Origin: Acidobacteriota bacterium
GTDB lineage: Bacteria > Acidobacteriota > Vicinamibacteria > Vicinamibacterales > UBA2999
Length of the DNA: 57,675 bases
Direction of reading: 5' to 3'
NCBI GenBank assembly: GCA_016210845.1
Contig: JACQTK010000024.1
Location: 1-57,675 of the forward strand
In this document: positions 10,091-19,638 of the stretch, one piece after another
Numbering within the stretch: the first letter of the stretch is position 1
How the letters are laid out: the number at the start of each line of letters is the position of its first letter
Translations under genes and position numbers: made by a program
The notes under the pieces: model-generated
Seen by the model: only the letters and a program-made list of their open reading frames with translations
Database searches by the model: none
Told to the model about the DNA's origin: nothing

Positions 10091-10130
10091 GGCTTTGCCG
10101 CGCTGGGATCATCACGTCCGGGAACCGTTC

Positions 10131-12800
10131 ATGAAGCTGGTGTTCTTCGCGCGGCACTGGTCGTACCTGCGCAACTTCGAGTCGGCGATCGAGGAGCTGG
10201 CGGCGCGCGGGCACCACGTGCACCTGGCGGCCGACGTCGAAGAGGCGCTCGGTGGACGGGAGATGATCGAGCGGCTGGTGGCGCGCTATCCCGCGCAGCT
10301 GTCGATGGGCAGCGCGCCCGGCCGCGCGCACGGAGCGTGGCCGGAGCTGGCTCAGCGCATCCGGCACTCGCTCGACTACCTGCGGTTTCTCGGGCCGCGC
10401 TACGGGTCCACGACACCGCAGCTGCTCGCGCGGGCGCGCGACCGCGCCCCCCGCTCGATGCTGGCGCTGATGCGGCTGCGGCCCTTTCGGACGGAGAAGG
10501 GACGCGCGGCCGCCGCCAGCGTCTTCCATGCGCTCGAACGCGGTCTGCCCCGCCGTCGGGACCTCGAGCGGTTCATCGCGGACCAGCGGCCCGACGCGGT
10601 GTTGATCACGCCGCTGGTCGACCTCGGCTCCCGCCAGCTGGATCATCTTCGCGCCGCGAAGAGGCTGGGCGTCCGGACGATCCTGCCGGTCGGAAGTTGG
10701 GATCACCTCTCGTGCAAGGCGCTGCTCCGGCTCCTGCCGGACGCGCTGCTCGTGTGGAACGAGGCCCAGAAGGCGGAAGCGGTGGGGATGCACGGCGTGC
10801 CCACGGATCGCGTGGTCGTGACCGGCGCGCAGTGCTACGACCAGTGGTGGGGGCGCCGCCCGACGCGCACCCGCGAGGAGTTCTGCGCGAGAGTCGGACT
10901 CCGGGCCGATCGCCGGTTCGTGCTCTACGTCTGCTCCGCGCTCCTGCGCGGCACGGCGGACGAGCCGATGTTCGTGCTCGACTGGATTCGCGCCATCCGC
11001 GCGAGCGCCGATCCGCGGCTCAAGGACATCGGCATTCTCGTCCGCCCGCATCCGGCGCGGCTCAAGGAGTGGTCCAAGGTCGACTTCTCCGGCCATCGCA
11101 ACGTCGCGTTCTGGGGGGCGCACCCGGTGGACGCCGAGGCGAAGGACGACTACTTCGAGTCGATGTACTACAGCGCCGCGGTGGTCGGGCTGAACACGAG
11201 CGCGTTCGTCGAGGCGTCGGTCGTGGGCAAGCCGGTCCATACCATCCTGCTGCCAGAGATCTCCGCCGCCAATCAGGAGGGGACGCTTCACTTTCACTAC
11301 CTGCTGACGATGAACGGGGGCTTGCTCCGCGCGGCCCGATCGTTCGACGAGCATGTCGCGCTGCTGGCCGACTCGCTGGCCGGCGAGGGCGGCGGCGACG
11401 TCAAGGCCGCCCGGTTTGCCGAGGCGTTCGTCCGTCCGTTTGGCCCCGATGTGCCCGCGACGCCCCGGTTCGTGGACGCCGTGGAACGGGTGGCTGCGGG
11501 GCCGGCTCCCCCGCGCGAGCGGATCGGGTTCGCCGCGCTTCTGCAGGTGGTGCTCTATCCGCTGGCTGCGGTCCTCGCGCTTCACCTGCGCACGCAGCTG
11601 TGGCGGAAGCGCGTCCGCAACAGCGTCCGCAGGCAGTACAGGGCGTTGACGCACTACCTGCTGAACGACCTGGTGCTGATGCTCGTCCGGGGATTGCGCA
11701 AGGCGGCGCGCGCGGCCGAGGCGCCCGCGCAGCCCGGGGCCTTGACGCCGAAGCCCGGTCGTCCGCGCGATCCCGCCAAACGGCAGTGGGGGTGGAAGGT
11801 CGAAGAGGCCAGCGAGGTTCGCGAGCTCGTGACGCTGCTCGGCCGCAGCGAGGGCCCGATCGTCGTGGGACCCTGGCTGTCCGAGATCGGCTTCGAGCTG
11901 CTCTACTGGATCCCGTTCCTCGCCTGGGCGAAGGCGTACGGCAACTTCGACGCCGACCGGCTCGTCGTCATTTCGCGGGGCGGCGTGCAGCCATGGTACG
12001 CGCAGGTGACGCCCCACTATGAGGACGTATTGGGGATCTACGGGCTGGACGAGTTCCGCCGCAAGAACGACGAGCGCATCGCGGCGCATCAGGGACGGCT
12101 CAAGCACACCGCCGTGTCGCCGTTCGACAAGGAGATCGTCGATCGCGTCACGTCGAAGCGGGGGCTGCGCGGCGCCAAGCTGCTGCACCCGGCCGAGATG
12201 TACCGCCTGTTCGACCATTTCTGGTTCCAGCGGACGCCGATCACGCTCGTCGAGTCGTTCACGCGCTTCGCGACGCTGCAGCCTGGTCCGCCGTGGCCGC
12301 TGCGCCACACGCTCCCCGAGCGGTACGTGGCGGCCAAGTTCTACGGCAATACCGCGCTGCCGGACACGCCCGAGAACCGCGCGTTCATCGCCGCATTTCT
12401 CGGCCAGCTGGCGCAGCACGTCGACGTCGTGCTGCTCAATACGGCGGATCGCTTCGACGATCACGAGGACTTTCCGCCGGAGCTGCGGAGCCGCGTGCAT
12501 TCGATCGAGCACCTGATGCGCCCCGAGGACAACCTGGCGGTGCAGACCGAGGTGATCCGCCACGCGACCGCGTTTGTCGGGACCTACGGCGGCTTTTCGT
12601 ACCTGGCGCCGCTGGTCGGCGTCGACACGGTGGCGTTCTACTCGCATCCGAGCCGGTTCCGCTTCGACCACCTCGAGGTGGCCAAGCGCGTCTTTGCCGG
12701 CCTGCGGTGCGGCGCGTTCGTCGAGCTCGACACCCGTGCGCTGGATGTGGTGCGGCTGGCCTTCGGGCGGTCGCTGCCGCAGCTGGTCGAATCCCGCTGA
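10131..12800 (+). CDS. Two-domain protein: SWDxL/RPHP GT-like domain + GPW..LYWIPFL domain
   Basis: MKLVFF..YLRNFE start matches paralogs; GSWDHLSCK, VRPHP; C-half GPWLSEIGFELLYWIPFL and FVGTYGGFSYLAP. Confidence 0.7.
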   Translation: MKLVFFARHWSYLRNFESAIEELAARGHHVHLAADVEEALGGREMIERLVARYPAQLSMGSAPGRAHGAWPELAQRIRHSLDYLRFLGPRYGSTTPQLLARARDRAPRSMLALMRLRPFRTEKGRAAAASVFHALERGLPRRRDLERFIADQRPDAVLITPLVDLGSRQLDHLRAAKRLGVRTILPVGSWDHLSCKALLRLLPDALLVWNEAQKAEAVGMHGVPTDRVVVTGAQCYDQWWGRRPTRTREEFCARVGLRADRRFVLYVCSALLRGTADEPMFVLDWIRAIRASADPRLKDIGILVRPHPARLKEWSKVDFSGHRNVAFWGAHPVDAEAKDDYFESMYYSAAVVGLNTSAFVEASVVGKPVHTILLPEISAANQEGTLHFHYLLTMNGGLLRAARSFDEHVALLADSLAGEGGGDVKAARFAEAFVRPFGPDVPATPRFVDAVERVAAGPAPPRERIGFAALLQVVLYPLAAVLALHLRTQLWRKRVRNSVRRQYRALTHYLLNDLVLMLVRGLRKAARAAEAPAQPGALTPKPGRPRDPAKRQWGWKVEEASEVRELVTLLGRSEGPIVVGPWLSEIGFELLYWIPFLAWAKAYGNFDADRLVVISRGGVQPWYAQVTPHYEDVLGIYGLDEFRRKNDERIAAHQGRLKHTAVSPFDKEIVDRVTSKRGLRGAKLLHPAEMYRLFDHFWFQRTPITLVESFTRFATLQPGPPWPLRHTLPERYVAAKFYGNTALPDTPENRAFIAAFLGQLAQHVDVVLLNTADRFDDHEDFPPELRSRVHSIEHLMRPEDNLAVQTEVIRHATAFVGTYGGFSYLAPLVGVDTVAFYSHPSRFRFDHLEVAKRVFAGLRCGAFVELDTRALDVVRLAFGRSLPQLVESR

Positions 12801-14032
12801 TGGCTGCTCACACCGCGCTGAAGAACCTGCTGCTCAAAGGTGGTCGGCGGCTCGCCGGGCGAACGCGCTGGGCTTCCAAGGTGACCTGGGAAGCGGTGAA
12901 GGACGCCTTCCACGTCGTGCGTGGCTGGATCCTGGGCGCCCGCGATGTGAGCGTGAACGCGGGCAAGGACGTCTTCCGCCGCGCGCGAAGGCCGGTCCGC
13001 CGCGTGCAGCGGCGCCGCCGTCAGCTCGAGGAGCAGTGGCAGCACTATCGGACCGAATGGGCGATCGAGCGTGAGCTCGAGGACGTCGCCTTGCGCGATC
13101 GCACCCTGGTCGTGGGCCCCTGGTTCTCGGAGGTCGGCTTCGAGACGCTCTACTGGATTCCGTTCCTGCAGTGGGCGAAGCTGGCGTTTCGTCTCGATCC
13201 GGAGAGGGTCGTCGCCGTGTCACGCGGTGGCGTGGCGGCGTGGTACCAGGAGATCGCCGCGCGCTATATCGACATCTGGGATGGCATGGAGCCGGCCGAA
13301 TTCGCCGCCCGCAACGCGGCGCGTCCCGTCACGAAGCAGTACGAGCCGTCCGCGCTCGATCGCGACATCCTGGACCATGTCGCCAGGCGTCTGGGAACGC
13401 GGGATTTCGACGTCATCCACCCCAGCCTGATGTACCGGCTCTTCACGCTCTACTGGACCGGTCAGCGCGCCATGGGCTTCGTCGATACGCATACGCGCTT
13501 CACGCGTCAGAGCGTCGTGCCGACGGTCGATCCCGCGCTGCTGCCGCGCGAGTACGTGGCGGTGAAGCTCTACGCGGCGCGGTCGCTTCCGGACACACCC
13601 GATGTCCGCGCGCGGCTCCGGACGCTCGTGACGAGCCTCGCGGAGCGGCTGCCCGTGGTGCTGCTCGACACCGGGCTCGTGCTCCAGGACGACCACGAGG
13701 ACTACGCTTTTGCGTCGCAGGACGTGATCAGCGCGAAGCGCTGGATGACGCCGCAGAACAACCTCGGAGCCCAGACGCAGATCGTGGCTGGCGCGCAGGC
13801 GTTCGTGGGGACCTGCGGCAGCATCGCGTGGCTGGCGCCGCGGCTCGGCGTCGACACCTCGGCGCTGTTCGTCGACCCTTCGTGGCTGCACGCGCACCTG
13901 GCGGTGGCCATGCGGGCGTATCACAAGCTCGAGGCGGGACGTTTCGCCGCCGCCGATCTGCGGGCCCTCGATCCGCTGCAGGTCGGGCACCTGGTCGCCC
14001 GGGCGCACACCAGCCAAGGGCTCCACCCGTGA
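12800..14032 (+). CDS. Putative glycosyltransferase, GPW..LYWIPFL family
   Basis: TGATG overlap; GPWFSEVGFETLYWIPFL, FVGTCGSIAWLAP. Confidence 0.6.
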   Translation: MAAHTALKNLLLKGGRRLAGRTRWASKVTWEAVKDAFHVVRGWILGARDVSVNAGKDVFRRARRPVRRVQRRRRQLEEQWQHYRTEWAIERELEDVALRDRTLVVGPWFSEVGFETLYWIPFLQWAKLAFRLDPERVVAVSRGGVAAWYQEIAARYIDIWDGMEPAEFAARNAARPVTKQYEPSALDRDILDHVARRLGTRDFDVIHPSLMYRLFTLYWTGQRAMGFVDTHTRFTRQSVVPTVDPALLPREYVAVKLYAARSLPDTPDVRARLRTLVTSLAERLPVVLLDTGLVLQDDHEDYAFASQDVISAKRWMTPQNNLGAQTQIVAGAQAFVGTCGSIAWLAPRLGVDTSALFVDPSWLHAHLAVAMRAYHKLEAGRFAAADLRALDPLQVGHLVARAHTSQGLHP

Positions 14033-14230
14033 TATCCACACAGAGCCCTTGGCTGGTTGCCGGTATCTCTTCCACCCCAACGCGCAAAGTCCGCGCGACG
14101 CCACCCCATCGCGCAGTGCGCGATGGGGACCCCGGGTTGGGGGCCCCGGCTTGGCGCGCTCCGCGCGCCTAGGACCGCTATGCGCGTCACAATCTGGACG
14201 AAATTCACGCAACGAGCCGCATAGCGGTCC
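14009..14230 (-). mobile_element. Composite three-hairpin element, copy 2 (inverted, with nested insertion at 14072-14149)
   Basis: ACCAGCCAAGGGCTC..GAGCCCTTGGCTGGTTGCCGGTATCT, insert, CTTGGCGCGCTCCGCGCGCCTAGGACCGCTATGCG..CGCATAGCGGTCC. Confidence 0.75.
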
Positions 14231-14242
14231 GACAGCCCTGTC

Positions 14243-15796
14243 GTGAACGTCCTCTTCATCGCTCGGCACTTCACGTACTTCCGCAACTACGACGCGGCGT
14301 TGCGCGAGCTGGCCGCGCGAGGTCACCGCATTCATCTGGCGGTGGAGATTGACGACAAGATGGGAGGGATCGCTGCCGTGCGGGCGCTCACCGCGGCGTC
14401 CTCGGCGATCACGTCCGGCAAGGTGCCGCTGCGCCGCGCGGATGCCTGGAGCGGCGTGGCGCGCCGGCTGAGGCTCGGCCTCGACTACCTGCGGTACCTC
14501 GACCCCTTTTACGATTCAGCGCCGCTGCGGCGCGTGCGCGCCCGCGACCGCACGCCACGCCTGCTCGCGGCGCTGGCGGATCCGCCGCTGGTCGGCGGCG
14601 AGCGCTGGCGCCGGACGTACGGACGCCTTCTGCACGCCCTCGACGTGGCCGTGCCGCCGCCGGACTCGATCGTCGAATACCTCCGCACGCAGGCGCCCGA
14701 TGTGATGCTGATCACTCCGCTGGTCGATCTCGGATCGCAGCAGCTCGATTACGTGCGGGCCGCGCGGCAGCTCGGCATCCCCTGCGGCCTGGCAGTGTGG
14801 AGCTGGGATCACCTGTCCAGCAAGGCCCTGCTTCGCGTGTACCCCGACCGGGTGTTCGTCTGGAACGCCATCCAGCGCGATGAGGCCGTGCGTGTGCACC
14901 GCGTCCCTGCCGACCGGGTCGTGGTGACCGGCGCGCAGTGTTTCGATCACTGGTTCACGCGGACGCCGTCCCGCACGCGAGCCGACTTCTGCGAGGCGCT
15001 TGGGCTTCCGGCAGGCCGTCCCCTCGTACTCTACGTGTGCACGGCGCTCATCAAGGGCAGCCCCTCCGAAGTGGAGTTCGTCCGCGAATGGTTGACGTGG
15101 CTGCGCGGCAGCGACGATCGGGCGGTGGCGGAGGCAGGCGTCCTCGTGCGACCGCACCCTTCGTCCGCAGGGATGTGGCGGGGTGTCGATCTCTCGGCCT
15201 ATGGGCCTGTGGCCGTGTGGGGCGGCAACCCGGTGGACGAGCCCTCCCGCCGCGACTACTTCGACTCGCTCTATCACAGCGCGGCCGTCGTCGGACTGAA
15301 CACCAGCGCGTTTCTCGAGGCGGCTATCGTCGGCCGCGAGGTGCTCACCGTTCTCGTGCCGCGGTTCCACGACAATCAGATGGGAACGGCGCACTTTCGC
15401 TACCTGCTGCAGGTCGGCGGCGGCATGCTGCGCGTGGCAGACGATGCGGCCCGTCATGTGGAGCAGCTTGGAGCGGCCCTGCGGCGCACGGCGGGCGCGG
15501 AGCACCCGCATCGCGCATTCCTGGAAGCCTTCCTGCGCCCGCAGGGCCTCGATCGTCCCAGCACGCCGCTGTTCGTCGAAGCGGTAGAAGAGCTGCGCGA
15601 GTGCGCCGTCCAGCCGGCGATGCGAGCCGGCCGCTGGAAGCGCGCGGTGCTCGGGCAGGCTGCGAGGGCCATGTCGGCGCTGCTCGGCGATTCGCTCACG
15701 CGATCGCCGCGCGAGCTCGATCCGGCACGGCAGGCGCGGATCGCTGCGGCCGCGAGCGCGAGTGCCGCCGGCGGGCAGGACACGGACCGTGCCTGA
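14243..15796 (+). CDS. Putative GT-B glycosyltransferase, SWDxL/RPHP family, paralog 4
   Basis: GTG start, NVLFIARHFTYFRNY; WSWDHLSSK, VRPHP, NTSAFLEAAIVG. Confidence 0.7.
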   Translation: MNVLFIARHFTYFRNYDAALRELAARGHRIHLAVEIDDKMGGIAAVRALTAASSAITSGKVPLRRADAWSGVARRLRLGLDYLRYLDPFYDSAPLRRVRARDRTPRLLAALADPPLVGGERWRRTYGRLLHALDVAVPPPDSIVEYLRTQAPDVMLITPLVDLGSQQLDYVRAARQLGIPCGLAVWSWDHLSSKALLRVYPDRVFVWNAIQRDEAVRVHRVPADRVVVTGAQCFDHWFTRTPSRTRADFCEALGLPAGRPLVLYVCTALIKGSPSEVEFVREWLTWLRGSDDRAVAEAGVLVRPHPSSAGMWRGVDLSAYGPVAVWGGNPVDEPSRRDYFDSLYHSAAVVGLNTSAFLEAAIVGREVLTVLVPRFHDNQMGTAHFRYLLQVGGGMLRVADDAARHVEQLGAALRRTAGAEHPHRAFLEAFLRPQGLDRPSTPLFVEAVEELRECAVQPAMRAGRWKRAVLGQAARAMSALLGDSLTRSPRELDPARQARIAAAASASAAGGQDTDRA

Positions 15797-15825
15797 ATCA
15801 GAAAACGTGAATCCGAATCACGTCG

Positions 15826-15956
15826 GTGCCTGGTGCTTCGTGCCTGGTGCCTGGTTGGGATTGGTGCCTGGTTCCTGGTGGGTGCCTGGTGCACCGAGCA
15901 CCGCCAAGCACAGGGCACCTCGCACCGCCAGGCACGAAGCACGAAGCACCAAGCAC
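15826..15956. repeat. Inverted degenerate heptamer array (GTGCCTG)n/(CACGAAG-like)n
   Basis: Tandem GTGCYTS units followed by reverse-complement-like units, intergenic. Confidence 0.75.
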
Positions 15957-15961
15957 TGACA

Positions 15962-17026
15962 ATGACTCCAACACCCCCGGTGAACGATGCCCTCGCCGGC
16001 CTCGGTCGGGGGCGCTGCCTCATCATCGGCGAGGTGGCGCTCACGCACGACGGCTCGCTCGGCCTCGCGCATGCCTTCATCGATGCCATCGCCAGTGCGG
16101 GCGCCGACGCCGTCAAGTTCCAGACGCACATCGCCGCGGCCGAGAGCACACCGTCCGAGCCGTTTCGCGTGCCGTTCAGCCGTCAGGATTCCACACGGTA
16201 TGCGTACTGGAAGCGGATGGAGTTCGCCGAGGACCAGTGGCGCGGCCTCGCTGAGCACTGCCGCCAGCGGCAGGTGCTGTTTGTCTCGTCGCCGTTCTCC
16301 CTCGAGGCGGTGGAGCTGTTGCGGCGCGTCGGGCAGCCGCTCTGGAAGATCGCGTCGGGCGAGACGGGCAATACGACGCTGCTCGACCGCATCCTCGACG
16401 ACGGGGCGCCCGTGCTGCTGTCGACGGGCATGAGCCCGCTGGCGGAAATCGACGCGGCTGTCGCGCGCGTGAAAGCACGCGGCGTGCCCGTGGGCGTGTT
16501 TCAGACCACGACGGCCTATCCCTGTCCGGCCGAGAAGGTCGGTCTCAACCTCATTCCGTTCTACCGGGAACGCTACGGCTGCTGGGTGGGGCTGTCCGAC
16601 CATTCGGCGACCATCTACCCCGGTCTGGCGGGCGCGGCCATCGGCATGGACCTGCTCGAGGTGCACGTGGCGCTCTCACGCGAGATGTTCGGTCCGGACG
16701 TCGTTGCCTCCGTGACGACCGCGGAGTTGAAGCAACTGGTCGATGGTGTGCGGTTCATCGCGCGGATGCGGGCATCCCCTCTCGACAAGGACGCGTCGGC
16801 GGCGGAAACGGCATCGCTCCGCCAGATCTTCACGCGCAGCATCGTCGCCAGGGAGGCGCTGCCTGCGGGAACCGTCCTCACGCGGGATCATCTCGTGCTC
16901 AAGAAGCCAGGAACGGGCCTGCCCCCGTCGCGTGTCGAGGAGATCGTCGGCCGTCGACTCGCGCGCGCGGTCTCGGCCGACCAGCTCCTCTCGGCCGACG
17001 ACATCGAAGGGCTCAGCGCGTCGTGA
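15962..17026 (+). CDS. neuB: N-acetylneuraminate synthase family protein (NeuB-like 1) with C-terminal SAF domain
   Basis: HDGSLG, ADAVKFQTH, KIASGE, LSTGMS, GLSDHS, KKPGTG. Confidence 0.9.
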   Translation: MTPTPPVNDALAGLGRGRCLIIGEVALTHDGSLGLAHAFIDAIASAGADAVKFQTHIAAAESTPSEPFRVPFSRQDSTRYAYWKRMEFAEDQWRGLAEHCRQRQVLFVSSPFSLEAVELLRRVGQPLWKIASGETGNTTLLDRILDDGAPVLLSTGMSPLAEIDAAVARVKARGVPVGVFQTTTAYPCPAEKVGLNLIPFYRERYGCWVGLSDHSATIYPGLAGAAIGMDLLEVHVALSREMFGPDVVASVTTAELKQLVDGVRFIARMRASPLDKDASAAETASLRQIFTRSIVAREALPAGTVLTRDHLVLKKPGTGLPPSRVEEIVGRRLARAVSADQLLSADDIEGLSAS

Positions 17027-18039
17027 GGTCGCTGCGGGGGCTGGTGCCGTCTCGGGTTCGGCGGGCTGTCAGCGTCCGGCTCGCGCTGCGCCTCAGCCGC
17101 CGTGTGTCCGACGAGCTGGCGGCGCTGGCCGCAAGCCGACGGCCGATCGTTGTGGGTCCCTGGCTCGGCGAGGTGGGGTACGAGCTGCTGTATTGGATTC
17201 CGTTCCTCGCCTGGTTTTCAGAACGGTTCGAGGTCGATCCGTCCCGTCTGGTCGTGCTGTCGCGGGGGGGAACCGCGTCGTGGTACGCGCCGTTCGCCGG
17301 CCACTACCGGGACGTGCTGGACTACGTGAGCCCCGAGGCGTATCGCGCGCATCATGACGCGCGCGTGCGCGAGGTCGGCGAGCAGAAGCAGACTCGCATC
17401 ACGGCGTTCGACCGGCAGGTGGTCGCGCGGGCCGCCGCCGACGCGGGCCTCGATGGCGCGGGCCTGCTTCATCCCTCGACGATGTACCGGGTATTGCAGC
17501 CGTTCTGGTGGGGGCACCTGGACGAATCGTGGGTCCACCGCCACACGCGCTACCGGCGGCACGCCGCTGCGGACCGTGCCGAGCTTCCTCAGCTTCCTGC
17601 GTCGTACTGCGCGGTGAAGTTCTATTTCAACGACTGCTTTCCGGCGACGGAGGCCAACCGGGCGTTCGTGCGGGGGGTCGTGGCGCGTCTCGCGCGGGAA
17701 GGCCCGGTGGTGTCGCTGTCGGCCGGCGCGGTGCTCGACGATCACGGCGCGTGCTCGGTGGCAGGGCACGGCGTGCTCGACCTCGCCCGCGTGGGTCCGC
17801 CCGCGCGGAATCTGCACGTCCAGAGCGCGATCGTGGCGCACGCCCGTGCGTTCGTCGGCACGTACGGCGGCTTCGCGTATCTCGCGCCGTTCTACGGCGT
17901 GCCCTCCACCGGGTACTTCGACGACGCCTCGGGCTTTGCCCCCTCGCATCTCCGGATGGCCCGATCGGCCTTCGCCTCGATCGGCGCGGGCGATCTGCTC
18001 GACGTTCGTTCGGTCTCCGATATTGACGGTAGTCGATGA
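17023..18039 (+). CDS. Putative glycosyltransferase, GPW..LYWIPFL family
   Basis: GTGA overlap; GPWLGEVGYELLYWIPFL, FVGTYGGFAYLAP. Confidence 0.6.
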   Translation: MRSLRGLVPSRVRRAVSVRLALRLSRRVSDELAALAASRRPIVVGPWLGEVGYELLYWIPFLAWFSERFEVDPSRLVVLSRGGTASWYAPFAGHYRDVLDYVSPEAYRAHHDARVREVGEQKQTRITAFDRQVVARAAADAGLDGAGLLHPSTMYRVLQPFWWGHLDESWVHRHTRYRRHAAADRAELPQLPASYCAVKFYFNDCFPATEANRAFVRGVVARLAREGPVVSLSAGAVLDDHGACSVAGHGVLDLARVGPPARNLHVQSAIVAHARAFVGTYGGFAYLAPFYGVPSTGYFDDASGFAPSHLRMARSAFASIGAGDLLDVRSVSDIDGSR

Positions 18040-18040
18040 C

Positions 18041-19177
18041 ATGACGCTCAGACACATCCTTGTGACCGGTGGCGCCGGATACATCGGATCCCATCTCGCG
18101 GACGCGCTCGTGGGGCGGGGGTGCCGCGTGACGGTGCTCGACAATCTCGAGCCGCAGGTTCACCGCTCGGGCACGTGGCCGTCGTACGCGAATCCGGCCG
18201 TGCGGTACGTCCGGGGCGACGTCCGCGATCGCGCAATCCTCGAGCCGCTCGTGCTCGCCTCCGACGCCGTCGTCCACTGTGCCGCGGCGGTGAGCGTCGG
18301 GCAGAGCATGTATCAGGTGGACCGATACGTGGACGTCAACACGCGCGGCACCGCGTTGCTGCTCGACATCCTGGTGAACGCGAAACACCACGTGCGCAAG
18401 GTGCTGGTCGCCTCGTCTATCGGCGTGTACGGCGAGGGCGCGTATCGCTGTCAGGCGCACGGCATGGTGGCACCGGGCATCCGGCCCGAGGCGCAGCTCG
18501 CTGCCCGCGACTGGGAGCAGCGGTGCCCGTCTTGCGGCGACCACGTCGCATCGGTGCCCACGCCCGAGGGCAAGGCGCTGTATCGCGACAACATCTATTC
18601 GATGACCAAGTACCACCAGGAGGAGATGGCGCTGCTGATCGGGCGGACCTACGGCATCCCGGTCGTGGCGCCGCGCTTCTTCAACGTCTACGGGCCGCGC
18701 CAGAGCCTGAGCAACCCGTACGCGGGCATCGTGGCCATCTGGCTCAGCCGGCTGCTGACGGGCAAGCAGCCGATCGTCTTCGAGGACGGCGGCCAGCTGC
18801 GGGACTTCGTGTCGGTCCACGACGTCGTGGAGTGTCTGGTGCTCATGCTGGAGAACGCGGGGGCGGACTTCCTGCCGGTGAACGTCGGATCCGGGCAGGC
18901 GATTCCGATCCTGGAGATCGCCCGTCTGCTGGCGCGGCTGCTCGGCGTGCCGGTCGAGCCGCTCGTGGCTCAGCGGGGCCGCAAGTTCGACATCAGACAC
19001 AACACGGCCGACATCACACGGGCACGCGAGGCCCTGGGGTTCGAGCCGCGCGTCTCGCTGGAGCACGGGTTCGCAGAGCTGATCGAGTGGGCGCGATCGA
19101 CACCCGACGTGGCGGTCGACTATTTCGACCAGGCGCTCGAGGAGCTGGAGCAGAAGGGGCTGCTCGTCAAATCGTGA
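18041..19177 (+). CDS. NAD-dependent epimerase/dehydratase
   Basis: VTGGAGYIG, YSMTK (YxxxK), FNVYGP, RDFVSV; Cys-containing insert. Confidence 0.9.
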   Translation: MTLRHILVTGGAGYIGSHLADALVGRGCRVTVLDNLEPQVHRSGTWPSYANPAVRYVRGDVRDRAILEPLVLASDAVVHCAAAVSVGQSMYQVDRYVDVNTRGTALLLDILVNAKHHVRKVLVASSIGVYGEGAYRCQAHGMVAPGIRPEAQLAARDWEQRCPSCGDHVASVPTPEGKALYRDNIYSMTKYHQEEMALLIGRTYGIPVVAPRFFNVYGPRQSLSNPYAGIVAIWLSRLLTGKQPIVFEDGGQLRDFVSVHDVVECLVLMLENAGADFLPVNVGSGQAIPILEIARLLARLLGVPVEPLVAQRGRKFDIRHNTADITRAREALGFEPRVSLEHGFAELIEWARSTPDVAVDYFDQALEELEQKGLLVKS

Positions 19178-19638
19178 TCCTCGAGTTCGATGAGCTGAAG
19201 GACTACCGCGGCCGCGTCGCCATGGTGGACGGGGCCTTCGACCCGCTGCACCGCGGTCACATCGAATACTTCCGCGCCGCGTGCGAAGCCGTCGACGTGC
19301 CGCTGCTGTGCAACGTCGCCTCGGACCGGTACGTGCGGACCAAGCATCCGCCGCTGCTGCCCGAGGAGCAGCGCGCGGCGATCGTCGACGCCGTCCGGTA
19401 CATCTCCTACACCCACATCAACCGCGTCGACACCGAGACGATCCTCCGCGAGCTGAGGCCGAAGTACTACGTGAAGGGGAAGGACTGGGACGGCCGGCTG
19501 CCTCCGGAGCAGGTGCGCATCTGCGCCGAGCTCGGCATTGGCCTCGTCTATCTGGACACCGTGTTCGACTCGTCCACGCGCATCCTCGAGCAGTTCCTCT
19601 CGGCGTACAGAGGGAACCAGCCAAGGGGCTGTCCTTGA
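19174..19638 (+). CDS. Cytidylyl/adenylyltransferase (TagD / RfaE domain II-like)
   Basis: GAFDPLHRGH (HxGH), VKGKDW, SSTRI; GTGA overlap. Confidence 0.8.
   Translation: MILEFDELKDYRGRVAMVDGAFDPLHRGHIEYFRAACEAVDVPLLCNVASDRYVRTKHPPLLPEEQRAAIVDAVRYISYTHINRVDTETILRELRPKYYVKGKDWDGRLPPEQVRICAELGIGLVYLDTVFDSSTRILEQFLSAYRGNQPRGCP

Noticed and set aside
9778-10134. Small ORFs sharing the peptide RIAVLGA..PSRYWQPAKGS across several intergenic regions
   Set aside because: Translations of the composite repeat; frame not preserved between copies (e.g. 2-nt insertion after 20482)
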